Assembly: GCA_013239625.1 (NCBI GenBank)
Contig: MU054338.1
Span: forward strand, 3,495,371-3,559,370
Origin: Lama guanicoe
Lineage: Eukaryota
Reading direction: 5' to 3'
Length of the DNA stretch: 64,000 nucleotides
Below, in pieces: positions 13,161 through 23,700 of this stretch (positions are counted from its first letter, which is position 1; each line of letters opens with the position of its first letter). Below the pieces are notes generated by a model. The model ran no database searches and was not told the DNA's origin. It saw nothing but the letters and a program-made list of their open reading frames with translations. The position numbers were made by a program, and so were the translations under genes.

Positions 13161-14579
13161 ATCTACATGGTTTCAATTAACAGAAGCATAAAACAGGACA
13201 GGGAAATGTCTGTGATGTCTACGGAACATCTGCTGTGTCCTCAGCCCCAGGTGGAGGGGAAAACAGAGGTTGTGCCTCATCTCCCGGCCACCTGCCAACA
13301 AACTGGTGGCATGGGCCCATTCTAAGGATGAGGCAGGCTGAGTCCACCTGGGAGGAAGTGATTTCCTGAAGGTTCCCAGAGGTGCCAGTGCTCAGAGCTG
13401 GCACCAATTCACCAAATCCTCTCCTGAGATGGGTGACGGAGGCTGTTTCAGAGGGGGCCGAGTGCTGTAATGAGGTCGGCTCACACCTCAAGGACACCCA
13501 CCACGTGCCAGGCCCTGAGTGGAGAACCCCAGGGTTTCCAGAGGCTCAGAGAACTTCAGCTCTTTGCCGAAGTCCCAAGAGGTCCCCCATTTCACAGACT
13601 GGCAAGTCGAGGCTCAGAGGGGTTCCTCCACATGCCCAAGGCCACACAGCCAGTAAGAGGCAGTATGGGGCTGGAGCCGGGGCTTCCTGAGCAGACTTGG
13701 AGCTGTGGGCTGCGCGAGCCCGCCTCAGAAGCTCGCAGCTCCGCAAAGCAGAGGCCCCTTGGCGGCCGGGCGGCGACAGAGTATCCACGAGGACACAGAG
13801 CATGAGACTCAGATGACAAGTGTCGGGATGGAAACAGCCTTTGTGGGTGGCTGGGATTCTTCAGGCAACAAATGGGAGGGGAAAAACACCTCTAACACCA
13901 ACTGTATTTTTAAAACTCCAACAGCAATGAGAAGGCTGCCCGTCAGCACGGCGTCACGTCCGTGGGCAGGCAGGAGCCCCAACGCAGGGACGCGGCTATT
14001 TTAAAGGGGCTATTTCTGGAGGCCGAGGTGAGAACACGGGGGCGAGAGGAAGGAGCGGGAGCAGCGCCGGGACTGACTCTGCGGCGTGGCCCGAGCTGGC
14101 CGGCCGCAGGGGGCGGGCACAGGGGGAGGGAAAGGGAGGACTCAGGAGCCACCTGCGTGGTGCCAATCCGGGCACGGCCACCCGCCAGCTGGAAGACCTC
14201 AGGTATCTCAGAGCCTCGCTTCTTGCTCCGTGAGTGATGTGTGTGTGTAAAACAGGCACAGAGCCCTACTGGGCACCGGCGCTGCCGCGGACACAGCAGA
14301 GGACACAGGCAAACGGGAGGCAGATGCTAAGTCAGACGCAGACGATGTGGGGATGGTGACAAGCACTTCCAGAAAAAGCAAAGTGGGAACGGGGAAGATG
14401 GGGAGCCAGGGGGAGAGGCACATTTTGCAAACTATAATTTTTACAAATGATTTTGCAAATAATAACTTTGCAAATCTTAATACGGAGTTCAGGGGAAGCT
14501 TCACCTAAAACTGAGCAGAAACTGAGGAGCAGAGTTAAAAAACCACATCCTGAGGCTCACCTACTGCTATGAGGATCAA

Positions 14580-14960
14580 GTGGGGCTGCAGATACCAAAA
14601 CACTCACAAGAGAGGCATAAGTTCTCTCTTCACATAAAGAAGCTCCCAGGTTGGCCTTTCAGGGCCATTTTGCCCAGCCTATAATCATCAGGTTCCAGGC
14701 TCTTCCATCTCTTTGATCCCCTATTCTTATCCATATCTACTCCATGGTCCAAAATAGCTGCCTGGGTGCCTACCATCACTTCCATATTCCAGGCAGAAGG
14801 AATCACAAGCTACCTCCCTTTGAAGACTTTTCCTGGAAGTTCTGTTCATTTATCCCACTGGTCAGAATCGACTCATGCAGCACAGACACCTGTAAGGTAC
14901 AGGGGCAATGTTTTGTTTTGTTTTTTCACCAGGTGGCTACATGCCCAGATAAGTCAAAAG
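14580..14960. mobile_element. MLT1 (ERVL-MaLR) LTR, old subfamily
   Basis: CCAGGCTCTTCCATCTC...CATGGTCCAAAATAGCTGC...CATCACTTCCATATTCCAGGCAG...CACTGGTCAGAA resembles MLT1I/J-type LTRs. Confidence 0.6.
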
Positions 14961-17344
14961 GTTCAAACTGCTATGGAAGAGAACAAAGTATGGGGACATC
15001 TCACCACAAACGTGTGGCCCAATGGGGTCAGGTCTTAGTTTCAAGGCAGTACATCTGAGAGACTTTGGCCTGGATAGAGAAGATGTCTTGGACGTCGTCA
15101 GGGCCAGCCCCCTGCCTCCACACTAGGATGGTTTTCACTCACCCCAGGCTCCACCTCCCCCAAAGCCCCCAAGGTCAGAAACAGTGGCAGCAGCCCAAGT
15201 TTAGGCTCTGTGCATCAGGGTGGCTCCCCCTGGGAGGCAGGACCCCATCCACAGGCTGCACTCGCTAAGCACCCGGGCATCCCCCATCCCTCCCTGTGCC
15301 TGCCTGGTGAGGAGATGCCCAGCCAATTCATCTCCTTCTCCTCAGTAAACAACTGTCAGGGAAAATAAATAGTTTTTAATAGGCTCATTAATTGAATTCA
15401 GGGAGAAACAACCTTCTCCCCAGGCTGTTGAGAAGGAATATTCAGACAGACACGAGAAAGTCCAACCACCCAAGTCTGAAGGTAGCGACCCCCAACAGCT
15501 GCAGCCGCGTTCAGTACCACCGACTGGACAGTAAGGGGGCCATCGCCTTCCCGGCCTTATCCAGCCTCCAGAGGTGGGAAGTCTCCGGCGGGTGCTGACT
15601 TGGCTTTAACGCCTCAGTAGCCCTTGGCCTCTGCTCTAAGCCTGTGGCGGCGGCAGGATGATTTAATGTCATTCTTTCTTCCTTTTTTTTTTTGCTCTCA
15701 TCACATTTATTTTAAAGGTTCTGTCTACTTATGTCAAGGACATACAGGTTCTCCATTCATGAGAGTAAGACAAAATGTTCTCCTTTAAGTTTAAAAAGAG
15801 AACGGGTTTCAAGAAAACTGTCAAGTTCTTAGGAGGACCAGGGAGGTGGGGCAGAAGGCATGTGTCACAGTGACTGAAACTGGGGTGGCGTCGGGCAGAG
15901 CACTGGACAAGGAGTCCAGAAGCCTCCATGCAGCCCGCAGGGTGAACTCGGCACAGAATTAGAAAGTCAGAACTGACCCTCCCCATGCCTGCTGAGGGCT
16001 CTGGCCACTCAGGTGTGACTCAGTTTCCTGGGGTGGTCCTGGGGCTGGCCTCCCACCACATGCAGCACATGTATGGTCTGTGGTTTTGTCTGCCTGGGGC
16101 TGGCCCTGGCTCCTACCAGCCTACTCTTGGCACCGTAATGGGAGGCTCAAGGCAAGACTCAACACCTCTGGGAAAAGCCAGGCTTGGGCCCAACTGCTCC
16201 CAGGACCCCCAAACCCTTTGTCCTCCAAAGCTCAGTATGCAGGTCCCCCGATGTGCCCCCTGAAGGCATTAATCATCACACTGGATTGTACGATATTCAG
16301 CCAGTGACGTCTTTGCCAGGCCAGCACTTTACAAGCATGCTCGGTACAGATTCTTCCAATTATTCAAGAGACAGCCTTGCTCCCATTCTATAGACGAGGA
16401 GGCTGAGGCCCAGGCAGGTGACTCCACTGGCCCAGGGTCACCCTGAACACGAGGCCAAGGCTAGAATGCGGGTTCTTCAAATGCCAAATGTGACCCCCAA
16501 AATAAAGCCTGGCCCATTCCTGGGGGCTCCTCAGTGACTTATCTACCTATCTTGCTGGGTGCACAGGGGTCAAGTGAACATCAGGGCTAGCTGAGTCTTA
16601 AAATCCCCTGGCCCAGCTTTGGGGGTCCCCTGCTCCTTTGGGTTTCTCACCTTCTCTCCAGGAGACAGGAAACCTCATGGACTGTTTCAGGGTTCCCTGA
16701 CCCCCTGACGCCCATCCTCAGGGCCCCTGGCTCTCAACAGCCATTCATCATGGCTTCTGCGCCAGATATCTCAGACATGCAGAGACTCAGAGAGGGCTAG
16801 TAAGTGACTGAAAACACACAGCACCTCCCAGGCAGAGGGAGCTGAGCCAGGGCGTTCGAACTGTTGATGTGGGGTTTTCTGGGCTACCACCTGCCTAATC
16901 TGGACCATTAGACACGCTGGTTCTAGCACGGGAGGGCGGCGGCTCTCAAAAGCTGGGCAGGCTGGTCTGGGGAGAGGGAGCCAGGTGAAGCTCCTGTCCT
17001 GAGAAGGGGGTCAGACAGACAAAAACAGCAAATGAGCAAGTGAAATAAAGAGTGCCAGGAAACACTGGCTGGGCAGGGTTGGTCAGGCCAGAAACGGAGC
17101 TCCCGGCAGAGGAAACAGCAAAGACAGGGCCCCAGAGAGGGGAGCAGAAGGCAGGTCCATGTAGCTGGTGCAGAACGCATGATGGGGGAGTGGGGAGAAG
17201 CCAGCAGGGGCTTGACTTACAAGGGGGAGTCTGGGTGTGCCATTCAGAGAAGCCAAGCGCTTCCCTAAAGCCACACAGCTCATAAGAGGCAAAGACAGAT
17301 CCTGAACTCAGACCAGCCAACCACAATGTCCCTCCCTCGGCTCC

Positions 17345-17500
17345 CCAAGGTTACCTAATTGCTACAGGATCCAGCTGTGCAAACTGAAACCACAGAGCTC
17401 CTTATGCGAAAATGATCAAGAATTTTCAGAAAGCAGCCACAGATCATCACAGCAAGCGCAGACCCTCCAAATCTCCACAAGGCCAGAAACGCCACCTCGG
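17345..17500 (-). mobile_element. MER45A-like hAT-Tip100 MITE
   Basis: GTGCAAACTGAAACCACAGAGCTCCTTATGCGAAAATGATCAAGAATTTTCAGA resembles the reverse complement of recalled MER45A. Confidence 0.5.
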
Positions 17501-18262
17501 GTCACCTGTGGGTGCATGGGCAGCGCTGGGGAGAGGCTCCACTGTGCCACCTCTCAGCAGCCACCTCTCAGGGCTGTAAGGAGAAAATTCGAGTGAAGCC
17601 AGAGCGCAGGGCCAGACACACAGTGCAGGCTTCATGATAGGAGATTTAATGCCTATTTGGGTTACTTCCCTTCCTTTTCAGTTCTTTGGGAAATTCTGGG
17701 TGTGGGCCTCCCTCCTCATCTCCCCTAATGGTTCATAAAGATGGAGGGACAGTGGGGAGGACAGTCATTTAATCCCTGCTTGTGCACCCCGGGTGCCCAG
17801 CCTCGTATCAATCCAACAGTATTTAACTCCCAATGACACAGCAAGCAAGATGTGTGCCCATTTCACAGATGAGAAAAATGAGTCTGGCAGGGAGGGAATA
17901 AGGGGCCGCCTCACACAGCTAGGGAGGGCCTATATCAGTATTCGAACTTAGTGCTCCTGCCTCCAAAGGCCAGTGGGAAAAGGGGAAAAGACCTGGACAC
18001 GGCAGCCCCTCCACATCCCAGATCCCTCATTGTTGCCGCAAACCCCAGTCGTTCACACTTCCAGAACCCATACGTCAGGGGCAATTACCCACTTCTGACA
18101 ATCAATTGGGCAGTGGGGCCAGGACAGGTGTGCAGCAGGAATTCATCAGTGATCTCAGTCCAGTGAGATGCTGCAGAGCCTAGGAGGTGGACGGATGTTC
18201 ATGGACAAGCCAACGGCCTGACCTGCCTGATTTCTCCTGTTGCCTGGGGTCTGGAGCACGAA

Positions 18263-18459
18263 TGAGGTTTTCAAAAGTGCCCGATTGTTCTCTGGGAGGG
18301 TGTGTAGGGGCTGTCTCAAGTGCTGTGAGGTGTGAAGCAGCATCCTTGGCCCCACCTGCTCGATGCCAGGAGCCCCACCAACCATGATGACCACAGATGT
18401 CCCCAGACATCATCCCATGTCCCCTGGGAAGCAAAGTTGTCCCTGGTTGAAAAACACTG
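18263..18459. mobile_element. MER20 hAT-Charlie MITE
   Basis: GCAGCATCCTTGGCCCC...GATGCCAG...AGATGTCCCCAGACAT...GCAAAGTTGTCCCTGGTTGAAAAACACTG. Confidence 0.8.
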
Positions 18460-18829
18460 CAGTAAACTCTACAGATAATGCAGGTGACCCAGCGCCTCAG
18501 CCCCGAGAGCAAACAGGTACATTCAGGAAAAGACAAGAGGCGAGGAACGGGTCCTGCAGACAGAAGATAATTCCCAGCCCTGCCCCTCGGGACGAGCCAG
18601 CTTCCTTCTGCACAGCATTTAATTTAAGTCAAGTTTATCATTATGACCAATATTAATATAATCAGGGCCAACGTTTATCAAGCGCGGACACTGGCCCGGG
18701 CCCTGTTCTCAGCCCTCCTGTGAGTTAAGGCACTGCTGCCTTGAAATAACCCCTCAAGGCAGCTTACTTCTTAAACCCATTTAGCATCCCAGGAAACTGA
18801 GGCTTGGTGATGGCAAATGGGGTGTTGAA

Positions 18830-18960
18830 GTCCTGCAACCGGCAAATGGAGGTGTTTTAAGGAAAAGAATGATCTAAGAAGGTAAAATGGGGCAATTTCA
18901 CAGAAAAAAAACTAGATGTCTGGGTTTTCTTGGAAAAACTGGCAGATCTGGCTATGGAGC
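18830..18960. mobile_element. MER103-like DNA transposon fragment
   Basis: CAATTTCACAGAAAAAAA...TTTTCTTGGAAAAACTGGCAGATCTGGC resembles recalled MER103C. Confidence 0.45.
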
Positions 18961-19459
18961 CACTCAGGGCTGCCCAGGAGGCTGTTTCAATGGGTATGTC
19001 CCAAGCTCCTTGGTCTCCATTGAACCCAAGCTCTCAGGGGCCTTCGGCAAACTAGCTGCATGTGTTGAAAATGCAATTTGAACTCCTCAGGACCCCACGT
19101 GGTCACCCACATCTTGCTTCTGCTCCCCTCACCTCCTACAACACAGCTGCAGGTGCCCCCCTCCCAGCTTTGCACTTGTTCCTAAAAGCCGTTCTATTCA
19201 GAAAGACTCCCCCCAGATCCTCACCCCCCTGACCAAGTAGTAGCCCGGTGCCCTGCTGGGGGCCACCGGATTTCCAGTCTCAGCAGAACCCCACTGCAGC
19301 CCAGATTTTTGTTGCTTATTTATGTACTCACTGTCTCCACCAATAGACTGCAGGGGCCAAGGGATGCAGGACTGAGTCTGCCTTGTTTTTGCTGTATCCC
19401 CAAAATTCCATGTTCATTTGCTTTTATTTAAAAAAAAAAAAGAAAGAAAGAAAGGCAAA

Positions 19460-19690
19460 GAATGTACATAGCGCTTTCTGTTTACCCGGCATATATTCGT
19501 TTACATATCCTTCACGATACCCCTATCATGAGTGAAGCAATGCCAAAGCCCCCATTTTGCAGATGAGGAAACTGAGGCGTGCAGCAGCTATGTAACTAGT
19601 CCAAGGCTTTGCAGTCGGTCTATGTAAATAGTCTGATGCCCCACAGTTGGCGAGCAGCAGGGCTGGAATTCGAACCCAGAGCCTGGCTCT
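19460..19690 (-). mobile_element. MIR SINE
   Basis: CCCCATTTTGCAGATGAGGAAACTGAGGC...GCTGGAATTCGAACCCAG. Confidence 0.75.
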
Positions 19691-20194
19691 CCAGTTCTCT
19701 GGCAGCTGGTATTCAAGAAATACTGACTGAATGAGTGAATTGGTAAGTGAATGAATGAACACTCACATACCAAGCTTATAAAGTGATCGCTTTCCTGGGC
19801 GCCTCTCAGCAGGGCTGGAGTCGAAGCTGAGACCGAACAGCCCTGAACAGATACTGCCCTCCCCACAGGCACTCACTCAGATCTACCGTGGACTCTGGAA
19901 GTCAGGGGCCACTGCCTGGGGTCTCGGGGATGTCGGAGCCTCCCGAGGCAGCCACCTGCCCTCCCTGCCTGCCTCGTCTGGCCTCCCGTGGCTCAGATCC
20001 TGCCAGGCGTCTGGCCTGGTCCTGCCGCAGAAGTGGGGCGGCCTTGATTAGGCAGCCAGTGACGGGGAACGCCCCAGTTCGCAGTGGCTGAGTCATCCTG
20101 ACATGTCTCCCAGGCTGGACCCCGTGAGGGGCTGAGGGCTGGGGGAGGGGGCTGCTGGGGAGCCCGCGCTGGCCAGGTCCGGCTACGCATCAGC

Positions 20195-20385
20195 ACGTTA
20201 CATGTATTAACTCATTTATCCACCCAACAACTTGAGGTAGACAGCACTACTCTTCTATTGTACAGATGTGAACATGGAAGCACAGAGAGGTTGAGCAACT
20301 CGCCCAGGTCACACAGCCAGTGAGTGGCAGAGCCGGGATTTAAACCCAAGCAACCTCAGGACAGTGTCCATGTTCTCACCCATAC
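20195..20385 (-). mobile_element. MIR SINE
   Basis: ATTAACTCATTTA...GCACAGAGAGGTTGAGCAACTCGCCCAGGTCACACAGCCAGTGAGTGGCAGAGCCGGGATTTAAACCCA. Confidence 0.85.
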
Positions 20386-20499
20386 AGGAAGGCAGCTGGG
20401 AGCCCTAGAGTCTCCATAGTGACTCTCAGGTGCCACCAGCAGGTGAATAGTCATCAAAGCTACTTCTTTGATAATTGGGCAGAGCCCCTCTCTTGCCCA

Positions 20500-20760
20500 G
20501 GGGTTAAAACTTCAGGTTCTGGCAGCTGTTGGTCCTGGGTAAGATTTTTGGTTCTGTCACTTGTGGGCTGTGTGACCTCAGGCCAGTGAAGACCTCTCTC
20601 TGTGCCTCAGTTTCCCTGTCTGCAAAATGGGGCTCTGAGTATGGGAACAATGCTAACGGGGGGGATGAGGGTTAAAGGTGATAAGGATGCTCTGAAGGTG
20701 CTTATTCATCACAGGGCCTGGCATGGGCACCAACTCCAAATAAGTCGGAGCCATTATTAT
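20500..20760 (+). mobile_element. MIR SINE
   Basis: CTGTGTGACCTCAGG...CTCTCTGTGCCTCAGTTTCCCTGTCTGCAAAATGGGG...CAGGGCCTGGCA. Confidence 0.8.
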
Positions 20761-23700
20761 CCCCCGACATCCCCTCATTTGCTGATCACGGGGTTAATTA
20801 TAAACAGCATTAAATTATACACACACAGACGTGTCGACCTCCTTTCCCCAGAACCCCCGAATTTCCACCAACACTCAATTACCCACATGACAACGCGACA
20901 ATAGAGCATCTTCCCAGCCCCTCCCCACGAGCCCGTCTCCATCCGAAGGTCCCAGGCCTCTGCGGCTGTGGCCGCTACATGCCTCTTGGGGCCCAGCGTC
21001 GTAGGACGGATGTAGCCAGTGACACGCATCCAAGAGCCAAAGGGGCTTTACCTGCAGCATCTCATGCCCTGGCTCATCATGAAGCAGGCTGTGATTGCTC
21101 TATCTTAGAGATGAAGGAACACAGAGAGGTTAACCAACCAGCCCAAGTGTGCACAGCTCCGGCAGGGTGGGTGCTGGAAGTCAGGACCCCCAGAGCCAGA
21201 GGCATAACCTCATTTTGCAAGCGAGGAGGCTCCCACACAGGGAGGGGAAGGGGCAGAGGCAACGCCACACAGAGAAGAGACAGGAAGGAGAGAGCCAGGA
21301 AAAAAAATTCACAGTCTTCCTCGTAGGAGGGCAGGAGATTCCTGGCCTTCCGACAGAGGACTAGCATAACAGTAGAGATTTCAAAAAGCAAATCAAAAAG
21401 CTCAAAGGCCGCAGGGACCACCCAGGGCGTTCTGCACAAAATCTGCCCCTTCAAAAAAGGATATTTACGGGAGTGGGGTCACTGTGACCCAGAAACGCAG
21501 GCTCCAAGCCCCGGACCAGGGTAGAATCTGTGGGAATGAGAAGAGAATGGGGATCCCAGAGAAAAACCTGGGTGTGTTTAGGCCTCCGCGGGCTCGGAGG
21601 GCGCCTGGGTCCCAGGAACAGCAGAGGGATTCCACGGCCAGCCCAGAATAGCACCAACCCCCAGGTCCAGCCTGGCCAGACCCGGGGGAGGGGCGGGGGG
21701 CGTACCGGCAGCTCCACAGAGGAGAGGAGAAAGAAGAGAGACGAATAAAGCAACACGAAAGAAAGTCGAGGCCTGTCCGTGAGTCACTCCCACCCGCTTG
21801 TTAATTTTCGCCTTTGCAGAAGTGTAAGCCAATTGATTTTTCATGTTCCCCACGCACAAACCCCCACCCCCCGCCCCGCAACGCTTCTGAAATATCAGCC
21901 AAAGACAAGACAGAAATGGTACGTCGGGTTTCTTTCTTCTTCTTCTTTTTTTTTTTTGAGTGTCTTTTCTTTCCTTAAAGAAAAAAGAGAGAATGGGGGA
22001 AAAACACACTATACTCGTAAACTGTGAGCTTCTAGAAAGCCAGAGGGGGTGACTAACTGGGCTGCAGGGTTAGGAGACCCAGAGGTCACCAATTCCTGTG
22101 CATCTCAAGCTAAGATCTGCCTCTGTCCGGGCTGTCCGTCCTCTTGGTGACAGGGTAACACACACTTGAAATTCACCCACTCCCAGCACCCCATCTCCTC
22201 CAGCTACAAGAAAGGAGCTTTCTGGTTCCAGACTGGTCAGGTGCGGATAAGACAAAAATTTTAAAGCCATCTGAAAAGCCCTCCTGTCTTCTCCTCAGCG
22301 CAGTCATGTGACTTTGTCCAGGGACCCACACGGGGTTTGGTCGGTTTGGCACCTGAATGCTGTACAAGGCACAGCAGTTATGCCTGATTCGTGTCCCCTC
22401 CAGTCCCCACGGGACAGGCTGCACCACTCTGCCTGGCAGGCAGCTGGGGTCTCTCCAAATACCACCCCGGGGGCATCTCTGGCAGTGGGGAAGGACAGAG
22501 CAAGGGCAATGTGCACCAGCTTCGCCAAGAGGGGCACCTCCTCCTTGCAAATTCTGGGAATCAGAATGCCCACCCACGAGGGTGTGCTAGGAGGCTGTCC
22601 CAGTTGGAGAGGAAAGCCGGGTGGTGTCTCAGAGTCCTTGCCTAAGCCCCCTGCCTCCCTCCAGAAGCACAGGCTGCCCCCCCCCCCCCCCAGAAAGGGA
22701 GCCACGGCCGCCACGTGCTGGCCAAGCCCACTGCACTTCCCAAGAATCTTCCGCTGGCTCCGGATACTCTACAAATGGAACCTAATGCAGTCAGGGTGGG
22801 GCGGGGGAGGGGGAACTGCTTTCAGCTGAAAACATTAAGCTTTGTCAATTATCCCCCAAACCCGCTGGGTTTATAAATACTCATCTTTATTTTTAGGGTT
22901 TTCCTCCCCATCCCGAATTCTCTCAATGCCCCCCCAACTCCCCCCACGCACAGCGGCTGTACTAAAGTCACAGGAAGCAGGTGAACTTGGGGCCGCAGGG
23001 CACCGCGCCTTGGAGCAACATTGTCCCTGCCCATCCCTCCCCGGCCACCTCGCTGACCATCACTTGGGCTGGAGTGATCAGCAAAGCCACAGGTCTCCCC
23101 GCACCGGGCTCCTGGAAGCGGCAGCTGAACGTGCGCTGTGCTCCAACGCCGGTGACATGCAGCTCAGTGCCGACCCAGAAGGCCGGAGGGGAAACAGAGT
23201 CATCCCCAGAAAGCCGTTTGCTGAGGGGAGGTGGGTCTGCCTCCTGGACCAGTCCCGGGTCTAAGGAATGCCAGGCAGAGCGCCACACTCTGCAGCCGGA
23301 TGAAGCAGAAAATGGGAGGATAGTGACGGCTCCAGAATTGCACATCCCCCCTCAGATGCCACTCTAACCCTAACCCCTAAACCCCTGTCATCCAGGGAGC
23401 TTCTCCCCTTCCACCTGCTCCTGACACCTTAGCCCAGAGTCACAGCCTGTGTTGAGAGATAAATGCCTCGTGTCTCCGAGTGGGGCTCATGGACACGCGA
23501 GGATACCCAGATCCCCTGGGAAGCAGGGGAAAAAGAAAGGCGCCTGGAATGCTCCAAGGGGATAGAAACAGAAGCATGGTCAGTGGGCGATGATTCCTGT
23601 GTGGGCAGCAGGCAGACCACTGGCTTGCAGTGCCCCTCTCTCTGTGCCCACCACACACCAGCTCAGGGGCTGGCAAGGGACCCTGAAGGAGGAGAGCTCC

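Noticed and set aside
23364..23385. Telomere-like CTAACCCTAACCCCTAAACCCC
   Set aside because: Only about three degenerate units; too short to call an interstitial telomere, and only three G-runs for a quadruplex.
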